Shown: positions 63,031 through 64,000 of the stretch, piece after piece | Layout of the letters: the number at the start of each line of letters is the position of its first letter | Numbering within the stretch: position 1 is the stretch's first letter | Source: the human T2T-CHM13v2.0 reference genome, Homo sapiens | Length of the DNA: 64,000 nucleotides | Direction: 5' to 3' (one strand) | Assembly (NCBI RefSeq): GCF_009914755.1 | Contig: NC_060925.1 | Translations under genes and position numbers: made by a program | Notes under the pieces: generated by a model | What the model was told of the DNA's origin: nothing | Seen by the model: the letters and a program-made list of their open reading frames with translations, nothing else | Databases searched by the model: none

Positions 63031-64000
63031 AGTGAAGGGGGGAGGGATATGGAAGGCCCATTCCTCCCTCTGTGCCTGGAGCACCTCTGGGAGTCCTGAG
63101 GCTCCCTGGCAGTCCCCAGGGGCCCCTCGCAGTCCAGCTGGACTTCCTCAAGTCACCCCCAGCTGCCCCGAGCCCCCTCCCTCACTCTGTTGGCGGCTGC
63201 TCCACAGGTCTCGCCCAGGGCTGTGAGTGTGGAGGAGGAGGTTCCATGAGCAAAACCCCTCTCCTCGGAGAAGACTCTGCCATCTATCCTGCCTGCCCTC
63301 TGCCAACCAGGCTGAGGATGCCCCTCTGTTGTGTGGGATGTGAAAGGCCCACGCAAGGCTGTGTGGCCTTGGGCGAGTCAGAGCCCTCTCTGGGCCTGCC
63401 TCCCTCTGTGAAGGACACAGCTCATGCCTGACTTCTGACCAGCCTGGAACTGCTTCATCCCCACCTCACCCAGGAAATGCCCCCCTCAACCCCTGCCCTG
63501 TCACCCCAGGGCCTGGGGCAGGAGTTCTAGTCCCTTCCAGAAGCTGTTCAGCTATGCAGCCATGGCCAAGGGCATCCTTCCTGGGCCTGTTTCCTTGTTT
63601 GCAAACAAGGCCAAAACAAGAAGGTACTTCACCTGCTTGGCTTACAGGCTCCTTTGAGACTAAGAAGGTGGCTTCAGACCCCTTTCCAGAAAGATGTCCC
63701 TGAGGACACACACACAAAGCGCCCCTTGAACAGTCTCCTGTCCTGGCCATGACAGGATGTCTTGGCTTCCACCGGGGGCTACTGTCTGCAAAAGAAGTAA
63801 GCCAGGGGACTTCTCTGGGGACTGGCATTCTGCTCCTGCCCCTCTGCTGGCCCAGAAGCCTTGCCGGGGAGGGGAAAGCAGGGATGAACCACAGCTGTGC
63901 TGAGCAGCTCAGGGAACTGGCAGGCACCCTCTGTTCCTGCCCTGGCTGAGAGTCCACTTCCTGCTGGAGTCTTCTCAGGGACCCTGTCTCCAGGCACAAC

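Overview
Primate (almost certainly human) genomic DNA from the EDN2 locus. The only protein-coding gene I can support is EDN2 (preproendothelin-2) on the minus strand. Its five coding exons (62744-62807, 62253-62409, 60668-60790, 59296-59394, 57610-57703) have GT-AG introns and splice to 537 nt = 178 aa + stop. A TATA box lies at about 62915-62919 and AATAAA at 56988-56993. The remaining ~57 kb is the intergenic region 3' of EDN2. It contains a CpG-rich patch with CTCF-like motifs, two large TG/TA-rich arrays, a 44-bp x8 minisatellite, a decayed ERV-L-class internal region (gag-pro-RT-RNaseH-IN-dUTPase remnants) carrying an old direct-plus-inverted templated duplication, a 3'-truncated 5S rRNA retropseudogene, about 13 Alu elements or fragments (two nested arrangements), MaLR/ERV1/ERVL solo LTRs, and L1, L2, MIR and DNA-transposon relics. 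Nearly all ORF-track entries are spurious. I found no support for a wholly new biological system. The best leads are the templated rearrangement in the ERV, the tailless 5S retrocopy, EDN2 exon 3/4 splice architecture, and several perfect-consensus regulatory motifs (CTCF, DR1, ERE, CRE, HRE, forkhead palindrome). Repeat subfamily names come from recalled consensus sequences, and boundaries of old repeats are approximate.
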